NCBI GenBank assembly: GCA_965279115.1
Contig: OZ257137.1
Location: forward strand, 2,806,587 to 2,870,586
From: Burkholderiales bacterium
GTDB taxonomy: Bacteria > Pseudomonadota > Gammaproteobacteria > Burkholderiales > JAEUOS01
DNA: 64,000 nucleotides
Direction of reading: 5' to 3'
A program made the translations under genes and the position numbers. This document shows, in pieces, positions 56,424 through 64,000 of the stretch. Within the stretch, counting starts at the first letter, position 1. Each line of letters opens with the position of its first letter. The notes under the pieces are model-generated. The model was not told the origin of the DNA. It worked only from the letters and a program-made list of their open reading frames with translations, and ran no database searches.

Positions 56424-58943
56424 TCAGTCGGCGTTCCCCAGGAGCGCAGTATTGATGACTACATACCGTCTGCGCCCGTCTTCTTCCAGTCGGGCCCGGT
56501 TACGTTCGGCGAGAATGGACAGCGCCGCCTGGAAGTCCCGGCTGCTGCGCACGCAATTCGGCCCATACTGATAGATGCGCTTGGTCGGTACACGATCCAC
56601 GCCGTTGGCGCGCGCTTCCTGACGCAGCCAGGCATCGAACCGGATCGCAGCAGCCATAGAGGGTGGCGTATCCAATTCAGCAAGCAGGCGCCGCGCTTCG
56701 CCTAAGTGCCACCCAACTATATGGACGGCCGCATCAATATCCCCAACCCCGATCGTTCCAGCAGGCCCATGCGCCAGCACATGAAACAGCGCTGCCAGGC
56801 GCGCAGCATTCTCCGCCGCCTTCGCGGCCACATCGCGAACAGCGCGGAATTCCCCATGTGCACCGAGTTCACGCTCAATCCCATCGTGAAACTGGATCCA
56901 CTCCGCACGTGCCTGCGGCGCGAGATCGAGGATGGGCGGATCAAGGCCGCCGCAGGCGTCGGCCGCGAGTGCCTGCCCGAGCAGGTCGCCGATGCGCGCC
57001 GCATACAACGTCACGCTCGGCATGGTCGCGGGCGCCGGCCGATACGGCCGCTGTCCTTGCGTGCTGTCTGGCCAGGCCATGAGGAAGCGCGCGATAAACC
57101 CGGTCCCTCGTGGCAGCGGTCCGGCCCGTTCCAGGAACCCCCGTAACGCCTCCGGCTGCGCCATCAACCCGAACGTGAGGCGCCGGCCGCGCAGCAAGAA
57201 CGAGGGCCGGGATCGCCGATCGATCGCCATCTCTCCGCCGTCCCACAGGACATTGAGCAGCGCCAGATTGCGCAGAATCGTGTCCTGCCCCATGCCATGC
57301 GCGCCGAACACCGCACCGGCTTCCGCGGACAGCACGCCGCCGCTCGGCCAACCGTTGGCCAGCGCATGCGCCAGTGCTTCTGGCGTCGCATCGGCGTAGA
57401 TCAGGCGCGGCACGACAAGCGGCGCAAGCGCCTGGCGGACCAGGTCCTCCAGTTCACTCTCTTGGACCGTCGTGTCCTGCGCGCGGCGCCGCCGCTGCTT
57501 GATGGCTTCGAGAAGGCCTGCTTTTTTCGCCTCGTATGCCGCGATTGCCGCTTCGCGCTGGGCGATCGCCGGCGCCATGCCCAGGATCCGACCGGTTTCC
57601 CAATCCCGCAACGCCTGGCCAAAGATCGCGTCACAGGTGGTCTTGCGTTCCCCGGAATCGGCCACTGCCATCAGATACAGGGAAATCGGACCCACCAACT
57701 GGTGATCCCGGCGCACGTTGGCCAACCCCTGCGCCGCCAGCGATAGTGCCGCCAGGGCCGAGCACGCGACAAGTGCCATGGGGGCCTGTACAAAGCCCTG
57801 GGCTTCGGTCACCGCGTCGCGCAACATCGTGGGCAGGGCGTCGACCGGGTAAGGCTGCGCGTCCATCGGTTCGGTCAAGGGTTCGGGCTCTGGCCATTCC
57901 GGAAATCGCGTCCCGCTGGCCTGTGGAGGCCTTGTGTCGAAATTGCCGCCGGCTACCGGCTCCACGGCTGCGGTAGAGAGCGTATTTCGAACGGCGATCA
58001 AACCCTGGAGCTGATGCAGGTCGTTGAAGTCCGTCGCGCCGTCCGGGCGATCGGCACCAAATGCCGGAACCGCGAGTCGCGCATCCACCGCACGCGCAGC
58101 GGCGCGGGCGTGCGTGAGGCCTGGATTGCCAGGCGTGGCCGCATCGTCATCGGCGCAGATGATGAGCTGCGCCCGGGGATGTTTATCCCGGATGACCCCG
58201 GCGACCGCGCCAAGATTGCCGGCATGGAAGGCCACGGCCACCGGATGCCCTGTGGCCAGGTGAATGCTCGCGCCGGTCGCATAGCCTTCGGCGACGCAGA
58301 TGACCCCCGCCGTGGTATTGCCGACATCTCCGATTCCGCAAAACAGGCCGGCGACACGTCCGCCCTTCAGGAATCGCTTGGTGCCGCCTCCCGTGATGAA
58401 CTGCAAGCTGTGCAACACGCCGGCCGCGTCGCGTAGCGGTACGACCAGGGCCCCCTTGTAGACGCGTATCCCGAACGCGCCGACACCTTTGCGCACCAGG
58501 TAGGGGTGGTGGTGGTCTGCCGGCTGTGCCGTCTCCCAGAGACGCGTAGCGCGAGCCTGCGCGGCACGGTGACGTACTGCATTTGCTGCCTCGCGCCGAT
58601 CGAGGTCGACGCGGGTTCGCGTGGCAATCGTCGCATGTTCCCCTGGCGACAATTCTCGTCCCGAGTCGAAGCGCCAGGATTCCCAGCCGCGGCCATCACG
58701 CCAGTTCTCCAGACCGCCCGCCGGTAACCCATCCATGTGCAGGACGTAGGCGGCATCGCCGCGACCGTGCTTGCCGGCCGCGTCGCAGCGATGCAGGCAA
58801 CCGTCTGCGAGTATCGGTTCCGGTGGGACGATGTCGCGGGCGACGAGGGCAGCGCGAAACTGATCCACGACCGACGCCAAACTGGGGGCGGTTCTCGGGG
58901 CGTGGCTTGGGCGAGGAGAAGAGGATTTCTGATCGCCAGCCAT
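56424..58943 (-). CDS. Toprim-domain primase-like protein with a DUF3987-like C-terminal half (island replication protein)
   Basis: Toprim Glu in VICVAEGYATG and DxD in IICADDD. The C-terminal DSGERKTT block is typical of DUF3987 proteins. The gene starts 6 nt after the alpA stop. Confidence 0.8.
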   Translation of the reverse strand: MAGDQKSSSPRPSHAPRTAPSLASVVDQFRAALVARDIVPPEPILADGCLHRCDAAGKHGRGDAAYVLHMDGLPAGGLENWRDGRGWESWRFDSGRELSPGEHATIATRTRVDLDRREAANAVRHRAAQARATRLWETAQPADHHHPYLVRKGVGAFGIRVYKGALVVPLRDAAGVLHSLQFITGGGTKRFLKGGRVAGLFCGIGDVGNTTAGVICVAEGYATGASIHLATGHPVAVAFHAGNLGAVAGVIRDKHPRAQLIICADDDAATPGNPGLTHARAAARAVDARLAVPAFGADRPDGATDFNDLHQLQGLIAVRNTLSTAAVEPVAGGNFDTRPPQASGTRFPEWPEPEPLTEPMDAQPYPVDALPTMLRDAVTEAQGFVQAPMALVACSALAALSLAAQGLANVRRDHQLVGPISLYLMAVADSGERKTTCDAIFGQALRDWETGRILGMAPAIAQREAAIAAYEAKKAGLLEAIKQRRRRAQDTTVQESELEDLVRQALAPLVVPRLIYADATPEALAHALANGWPSGGVLSAEAGAVFGAHGMGQDTILRNLALLNVLWDGGEMAIDRRSRPSFLLRGRRLTFGLMAQPEALRGFLERAGPLPRGTGFIARFLMAWPDSTQGQRPYRPAPATMPSVTLYAARIGDLLGQALAADACGGLDPPILDLAPQARAEWIQFHDGIERELGAHGEFRAVRDVAAKAAENAARLAALFHVLAHGPAGTIGVGDIDAAVHIVGWHLGEARRLLAELDTPPSMAAAIRFDAWLRQEARANGVDRVPTKRIYQYGPNCVRSSRDFQAALSILAERNRARLEEDGRRRYVVINTALLGNAD

Positions 58944-58949
58944 GCGCGG

Positions 58950-59174
58950 TTATTCCGGGCGGCGGTCGCCGTCGCGGGCGATCTTGACGCGCCCGGCGAT
59001 CCACGCACTGACCTCCGATTCAAGCCAGCCGACCGCGCGCGGGCCAAGCGGTACGGGTTTCGGGAATGCGCCTTCCTGGATGTATTGATAGATGGTGCTG
59101 CGCGAGAGTCCCGTGCGCGTCTGGACTTCCTTGCGGCGGAGAAACGCAGGCTCACGCTGGATGGTCTGGGACAT
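58950..59174 (-). CDS. alpA: AlpA-family transcriptional regulator / excisionase-like
   Basis: FLRRKEVQTRTGLSRSTIYQYIQEGAFPKPVPLGPRAVGWLESEVSAWI is the classic AlpA HTH. GAGGTG SD 6 nt before ATG 59174. Confidence 0.8.
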   Translation of the reverse strand: MSQTIQREPAFLRRKEVQTRTGLSRSTIYQYIQEGAFPKPVPLGPRAVGWLESEVSAWIAGRVKIARDGDRRPE

Positions 59175-59270
59175 GGTCGTCACCTCACGGCTGGCAATGG
59201 AAGATGCCGATGTTTCCACGGCGAACCGCCGGTGTCCGACGCGATTGCGGCCTTGGCGAAGCACTGATTC

Positions 59271-59668
59271 GACGCAATGTTCGTCAATGTGAGTGCGGTG
59301 AGTGCGGGCGGATGGCGACTACCGTCAAGTGCTGAAGCCCGTTTGGTTACGCGCACTGGTGTGCGCCTCGCCTCTGTAGAACGAACGAATCGGACCGTTG
59401 AAAACCCGGTCTCATCGGGTGGGGATTGTTCGTTCAAGCGCGGGGCCGTACCTCTATTCGGGTGAATTGTGCAACTCGATTGGGGGCCCGGTCGCGGCAC
59501 GATTTCGATTGACGCAATGAAGGCGGAGCTGCCGTGACGCCGCCACGCTCCAGCTTCGAACGCATGTTGCGTCAGCATTGCAGACACGCAGAGATGCCGA
59601 GCTTCGGGCGGGCGCGGGAACTTGCCGGCGCAGCCAACGGTCTGATGCGTTACCGCGACGACGCAATG
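59271..59668 (+). repeat. three direct copies of GACGCAATG upstream of alpA
   Basis: Exact 9-mers at 59271-59279, 59511-59519 and 59660-59668. The first two share a GATT(C) prefix. Confidence 0.7.
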
Positions 59669-60124
59669 CACCTGGTCGCTGTGCGGTCGCGAGGCAAGGA
59701 TTTTTCACGGTGGCTCCGCCAGCCCGCCTGATGCGCGTTAAGCATCGCCCATGGCTCGTTCACGCGAGCGCCAGAAGCCGGCCACATCTCCCGCAAGCCG
59801 GCGACCGAAAGGTACGGAGATCGTCCATGCGATCCCGCCCTACGGGCGGCCTGTTCAAGCAACACGCAACGATTGGCACCTTCAGATCGCCCACACTGCT
59901 GCAACGGTGGCGCGATTCGTAGCGGTTCCCTGACTCGCTCACCGGGAGCGCGCATCTTCTCGTTGTGGTGCGCGACACTGCGCCAGTCGCAGCCCAGGCT
60001 TGCGGCGCGTGTCCAGCGTGTCGCTGGACGTTCGCGTCAATGCAGCGACGCCAGGCGTCACATCTGTGGCGCGTACTGCGCCAATGTATTTGCGTCTTGC
60101 GGTGCCATCTTCTGCAGCAACCAT

Positions 60125-60165
60125 CGCGTCGTCACTACCCGGCGCCAGCCAGTAGTGACGACGCG
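60125..60165. repeat. 14-bp perfect inverted repeat with a 13-nt spacer, part of an AGTGACG motif cluster
   Basis: CGCGTCGTCACTAC-N13-GTAGTGACGACGCG. Further AGTGACG copies lie at 60208-60214 and 60221-60227. Confidence 0.7.
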
Positions 60166-60863
60166 CACAATGTCCTTGCCATCAAAGACTTATCGGTGGC
60201 TGGCGCAAGTGACGACCCCAAGTGACGGGCTCCCTGACCCGTCGTCAATCCGGACCGCGCAATACGGTCTGCCTTCTCGCCTGCTCCCCGCAGGCATCGT
60301 CAATACCGCGCCGAGCAAGCGCCCCTCAGAGCCCTGGGTCAACGGCTCAAATCGTTGGAACAGCTTCCAACAGGAAAGCACCATCGACGCCAAGAACGGG
60401 TGCAGCCGTGGCAAGTAGCAAAAGCAGTTCTGCACACATCGGGAGTGGTGTCCCGAGTCCCTTGTAGTTCCCGACACGCCCAGGCGTGCGGGACGGACAG
60501 AAACACTTACCGGACAGGCTTCACACACCAGCGTCATCACATCAAGAAGGACTACTGGCGCAACGAACCGAGGAAAGGAATTGAGACAGGCGGCAAATCA
60601 ACTCACAATCACACACACGATCCGAACTTCGGACAGCAGCACATTTGGAACCGCGATCGCGAAGGTGTCCATGCCCCTGGCTGCGCGGTTGTTAGCAGTG
60701 CTGAAACGCCGCTCCGGAGCCGGGTCAAGGGCGGGCGCATGCCCGGCGTAGCGAACCCTTGACGCGGTGGAGGGGCGGAACAAGCTCGTGCGTGGCCGGA
60801 AGTGCGGCGCCTTCGCGCTTACGGCCATGCCGGCCAGCGCTATTGCAAAGCCGAAATACCCGG

Positions 60864-62084
60864 TTACGCCGCGCGCGGTTTCAGAGGAATCACCTCGGCA
60901 CCTTGCCGTAGCCGGTCGAGGTAGTCCGCCCATTTCTGCATCATGCGGCGCCGCGAGTCGAGATGTGCCGTGCGGTTATAGGCGCGACCGTTCGGATCTT
61001 TGACGGCGTGCGCGAGCTGGTGCTCGATCCAGTCAACCCGATACCCCAACCCCTCGTCCAGCAGCGTTCGCGCTGTCGCGCGAAACCCGTGCGTGGTGAC
61101 CTCGCTCGTGGAATAGCCAAGGCGACGTAGCGCGGCGTTCAAGGTGTTGTCGGAGATCGGACGTTCTCCCGTCCGCTCGCCTGGAAACAGATAACGCCCG
61201 TGCCCAGTCAGCGGCTTCAGTTCGTCGATGATTTTCAGCGCCTGCTTGCAGAGCGGGACAATATGCGGCTCGCCCATTTTCATTTTCTTGGCGGGCAAGC
61301 GCCACTCGGCCGCCTCAAAGTCGAACTCTGCCCACTCCGCCATCCGCAATTCGCCCGGACGCACGAACAGGAGCGGCGCCAGGCGCAGCGCGGCTTTGGT
61401 GGTTGGTGAGCCGGAGTAGCCCTCGATCGCCCGCAGGAGCGCGCCAAGCGCCACGGGCTCGACGATGGCCGCGAGGTGGGTCTTTTGGGCGGGCGGTAGG
61501 GCACCACGCAAATCGGTGGACGGATCGCGTTCCGCGCGGCCGGTCGCGACGGCGTACCGAAATACCTGGCTGCAGTTCTGTTGTGCTCGGTGCGCAGTTT
61601 CGATCGCGCCGCGTTCTTCAATGCGGCGCAGGGTCGCCAACAATTGCGGCGCCCTGATTTCCGCAACGGGCAGGCCGCCTATCCACGGGAAGACATCACG
61701 CTCCAGGCGGCGGATGATCTTGCTGGCGTGCCCAGGTGCCCACTTGGGCGAGAACTTCGAAAACCACTCGCGCGCCACCCGCGCGAAGCTGTTTTCGCTT
61801 CGCTCCGTGCTCGCCGCCTTCTGCATCTGGCGGTCGATGCTGGGATCGATGCCGTTGAGCAACAGTTTCCGCGCCGCATCGCGACGGTCACGCGCATCCC
61901 GGACACCGATCTCGGGGTAGACGCCAAGGGACAGGAGCTTTTCCTTGCCGGCAAAACGGTACTTTAGTCGCCACCATTTGGAGCCGGCAGGCGTCACGAG
62001 CAGGAACATGCCTTTCTCGTCGCTGATCTTGTACGCCTTGTCCCGCGGCTTGGCGTTTTTGGCCGCTGCGTCGGTGAGTGCCAT
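60864..62084 (-). CDS. int: tyrosine recombinase / integrase, P4-type with DUF4102 arm-binding N-terminus
   Basis: N-terminus LTDAAAKNAKPRDKAYKISDEKGMFLLVTPAGSKWWRLKYRFAGKEKLLSLGVYP, the C-terminal HGFRATARTLL block, and the YNRTAHLDSRRRMMQKWADYL tyrosine region. Confidence 0.95.
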   Translation of the reverse strand: MALTDAAAKNAKPRDKAYKISDEKGMFLLVTPAGSKWWRLKYRFAGKEKLLSLGVYPEIGVRDARDRRDAARKLLLNGIDPSIDRQMQKAASTERSENSFARVAREWFSKFSPKWAPGHASKIIRRLERDVFPWIGGLPVAEIRAPQLLATLRRIEERGAIETAHRAQQNCSQVFRYAVATGRAERDPSTDLRGALPPAQKTHLAAIVEPVALGALLRAIEGYSGSPTTKAALRLAPLLFVRPGELRMAEWAEFDFEAAEWRLPAKKMKMGEPHIVPLCKQALKIIDELKPLTGHGRYLFPGERTGERPISDNTLNAALRRLGYSTSEVTTHGFRATARTLLDEGLGYRVDWIEHQLAHAVKDPNGRAYNRTAHLDSRRRMMQKWADYLDRLRQGAEVIPLKPRAA

Positions 62085-62118
62085 GGAGTTGGGGGTAGCA
62101 GATTTTAGGAGGCTGACA

Positions 62119-62139
62119 TTACCCCCAACGCTACCCCCA
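62119..62139 (+). repeat. paired (T/C)TACCCCC motifs, 12-bp spacing (right island end)
   Basis: TTACCCCCaacgCTACCCCC, 35 bp upstream of the integrase start. It mirrors 41421-41441 in the same orientation. Confidence 0.6.
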
Positions 62140-62182
62140 AAACAGACCGGATGTCAACGAATCCAGGTGGCCGACATTGGAC

Positions 62183-62216
62183 GAAAAAAGCCGCGCTCAG
62201 AGGAGAAACGCGGCTT
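62183..62216 (-). terminator. rho-independent terminator downstream of tRNA-Phe
   Basis: Minus-strand AAGCCGCG-N13-CGCGGCUU followed by a U run (six T after CGCGGC). Confidence 0.55.
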
Positions 62217-62251
62217 TATCGGACTGCTTTGGAATTCTTTGGAGGGGTAAC

Positions 62252-62327
62252 TGGTGGCCTGGGGCGGAATCGAACCACCGACACAAGGATTTTCAATCCT
62301 CTGCTCTACCGACTGAGCTACCAGGCC
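62252..62327 (-). tRNA. tRNA-Phe (GAA anticodon), CCA encoded
   Basis: Hand-folded cloverleaf: GGCCTGG acceptor stem, GCTC/GAGC D stem, GAGGA-TTGAAAA-TCCTC anticodon arm with GAA, a TTCGATT T-loop, and a CCAGGCC-ACCA 3' end. Confidence 0.9.
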
Positions 62328-62512
62328 GTTGCGCAAATCCGCTGAAGGGAAACAACGCAAGCCCTAAATTATAGCGTGAAATCCGGCTTTCTGGCGAACC
62401 GCCCGAAGCTCTTTTCCGCGCCGTCGCGCGACCGGCGCACCAATGAAAAAGGCCGGCGATGCGCCGGCCTTCAGGAAGTACCACCGGGCCATTGCGGGCC
62501 CGGCCCGCGACG

Positions 62513-64000
62513 TCAGTCGTGGATCTTGTTGTCCTTGGTTTCCTTGATGAACAGCATGCCGATCACGAAGGTCATCAGGGCGATGATGATCGGGTACCAG
62601 AGGCCGTAGTAGATGTCGCCGGTGGCCGCCACCATCGCGAAGGCGGTGGTCGGCAGGAAGCCGCCGAACCAGCCGTTGCCGATGTGGTACGGCAGACTCA
62701 TCGAGGTGTAGCGGATGCGGGTGGGGAACATTTCCACCAGCATGGCCGCGATCGGGCCGTACACCATGGTCACGTAGATCACCAGGATGACGAGAATGCC
62801 GATCACCATCACGTGGTTCACCTGGTTCGGGTCCGCCTTGGCCGGGTAGCCTGCAGCCTTCACCGCCTCGCTGATGTTCTTGACGAATTCACCCGACTTC
62901 TTCTTGGCGTCGTCAGCCGAAAGACCCTTGGCCTCGTAGCTTTCGATCACCTTGTCGCCCACCTTGATCTTGGCGACGCTGCCCGCCGGTGCGGCCTCGT
63001 TGCTGTAGTTCACCGAGGAGCGCGCCAGGTAGGCCTTGGCGATGTCGCACGAGGTGGTGAATTTGGCCGTGCCCACCGGGTTGAACTGGAAGGAACAGGC
63101 GTTCGGGTCGGCCACCACCACCACCGGCGACTTCAACTGCGCGGCTTCCAGCGCCGGGTTGGCATAGTGTGTCAGCGCCTTGAACAGCGGGAAGTAGGTG
63201 AGTGCCGCGATCAGGCAACCACCCATGATGATCATCTTGCGGCCGATCTTGTCCGACAGCGCGCCAAAGACGATGAAGAACGGCGTGCCGATCAGGAGCG
63301 ATGCGGCGATCATCAGGTTGGCGGTGCCGCCATCCACCTTGAGCGTCTGGGTCAGGAAGAACAGTGCGTAGAACTGGCCCGTGTACCAGACCACGGCCTG
63401 GCCGGCGGTCAGGCCCAGGAGGGCGAGAATGACGATCTTCAGGTTCTTCCACTGGCCGAACGACTCGGTCAGCGGCGCCTTGGAGGTCTTGCCCTCCGAC
63501 TTCATCTTCTGGAACATCGGCGATTCATTCAACTGCATGCGAATCCACACCGAGATGCCCAGCAGAACCACCGAAAGCAGGAAGGGAATGCGCCATCCCC
63601 AGGCCGCGAAGGCTTCTTCGCCCACCGCGGTACGCACACCCAGGATCACGATCAGCGAGAGGAATAGTCCGAGAGTCGCAGTGGTCTGGATCCATGCCGT
63701 GTAGGCGCCGCGCTTGTCGTCCGGCGCGTGCTCGGCCACGTAGGTGGCCGCACCGCCGTACTCACCGCCCAGTGCCAGGCCTTGGAGCAGGCGCAGGACG
63801 ATCAGGATGATCGGCGCTGCAATGCCGATCGAGGCGTAGCCGGGCAACAGGCCGACGATGAAGGTCGCCAGACCCATGATCAGGATGGTCACCAGGAAGG
63901 TGTACTTGCGGCCCACCAGGTCGCCCAGGCGGCCGAACACGATGGCGCCGAAGGGGCGCACCGCGAAGCCCGCGGCAAACGCCATCAGCGCGAAGATGAA
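62513..64000 (-). CDS. MFS transporter, metabolite:H+ symporter (MHS) family, 5' end beyond window
   Basis: GRLGDLVGRKYTFLVTILIMG and LLQGLALGGEYGGAATYVAEHAP blocks are typical of ProP/KgtP-type MHS transporters. The frame stays open to base 64000. Confidence 0.85.
   Translation of the reverse strand, partial: FIFALMAFAAGFAVRPFGAIVFGRLGDLVGRKYTFLVTILIMGLATFIVGLLPGYASIGIAAPIILIVLRLLQGLALGGEYGGAATYVAEHAPDDKRGAYTAWIQTTATLGLFLSLIVILGVRTAVGEEAFAAWGWRIPFLLSVVLLGISVWIRMQLNESPMFQKMKSEGKTSKAPLTESFGQWKNLKIVILALLGLTAGQAVVWYTGQFYALFFLTQTLKVDGGTANLMIAASLLIGTPFFIVFGALSDKIGRKMIIMGGCLIAALTYFPLFKALTHYANPALEAAQLKSPVVVVADPNACSFQFNPVGTAKFTTSCDIAKAYLARSSVNYSNEAAPAGSVAKIKVGDKVIESYEAKGLSADDAKKKSGEFVKNISEAVKAAGYPAKADPNQVNHVMVIGILVILVIYVTMVYGPIAAMLVEMFPTRIRYTSMSLPYHIGNGWFGGFLPTTAFAMVAATGDIYYGLWYPIIIALMTFVIGMLFIKETKDNKIHD

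Larger units (their letters stand above)
41338..62251. mobile_element. tRNA-Phe-associated integrative island (integrase, AlpA and primase backbone, PICI/P4-satellite-like) carrying a multi-system defence cargo
   Basis: Abrupt drop in G+C judged by eye. A P4-type integrase starts 168 bp from the tRNA 3' end. AlpA and a Toprim/DUF3987 protein are present. A degenerate copy of the tRNA 3' end and paired TTACCCCC motifs mark the far end. Confidence 0.7.

Noticed and set aside
59534-60762. Candidate CDSs in the int-alpA spacer: 59534-59731 (65 aa), 59873-60418 (181 aa), 59939-60124 (61 aa) and 60355-60762 (135 aa).
   Set aside because: They have no RBS, no motifs and Arg/Ser/Pro-rich composition, and they overlap one another on both strands. 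The region is treated as ORF-poor and flagged as a finding instead.

Overview
The window is a GC-rich, Burkholderiales-like chromosomal segment; the taxon is inferred from four Bug/TctC-type solute receptors and the gene content. It is interrupted by a mobile island of about 21 kb.

Bases 1-41,300 hold ordinary metabolic and transport genes:
- an ACMSD-like amidohydrolase cut by the window edge
- two multihaem c-type cytochromes
- a TauD-family dioxygenase
- MFS and SulP transporters
- a heavy-metal RND efflux operon in the order adaptor, pump, outer-membrane factor
- ubiE and a menA-like prenyltransferase
- a CoA-dependent catabolic cluster (TPP enzyme, family III CoA-transferase, acyl-CoA dehydrogenase, HMGL-like lyase, acyl-CoA synthetase, GntR regulator)

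Bases about 41,340-62,250 are a visibly lower-GC island next to tRNA-Phe (62,252-62,327, minus strand). Its backbone is a P4-type integrase, an AlpA regulator and a Toprim/DUF3987 primase-like protein. Its cargo looks like a stacked anti-phage island with four modules:
1. A roughly 885-aa metallophosphoesterase-GAF protein that I cannot assign to a named system.
2. An IetAS-like AAA+ ATPase plus S8 protease pair, followed by a small extra gene.
3. A tightly coupled trio of helical protein, HExxH protein and short dCTP-deaminase-fold protein that I cannot assign to a named system.
4. A Bil/ISG15-like ubiquitin-like conjugation operon (Ubl ending in Gly, E2-like, JAB, E1), preceded by a sigma-70-like and HTH-like gene pair.

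Just outside the island, a glutaredoxin-DinB fusion gene has an in-frame TGA exactly where the first Cys of a CxxC motif is expected. A hairpin lies 16 nt downstream, which makes it a candidate selenoprotein.

Other sequence-level oddities are iteron-like 9-mers after the primase gene, repeated motifs in an ORF-poor 1.6 kb between int and alpA, paired TTACCCCC motifs at both island ends, and a perfect inverted pair of DnaA boxes upstream of the tauD-like gene.

All functional calls rest on motifs read by eye. No database search was run.
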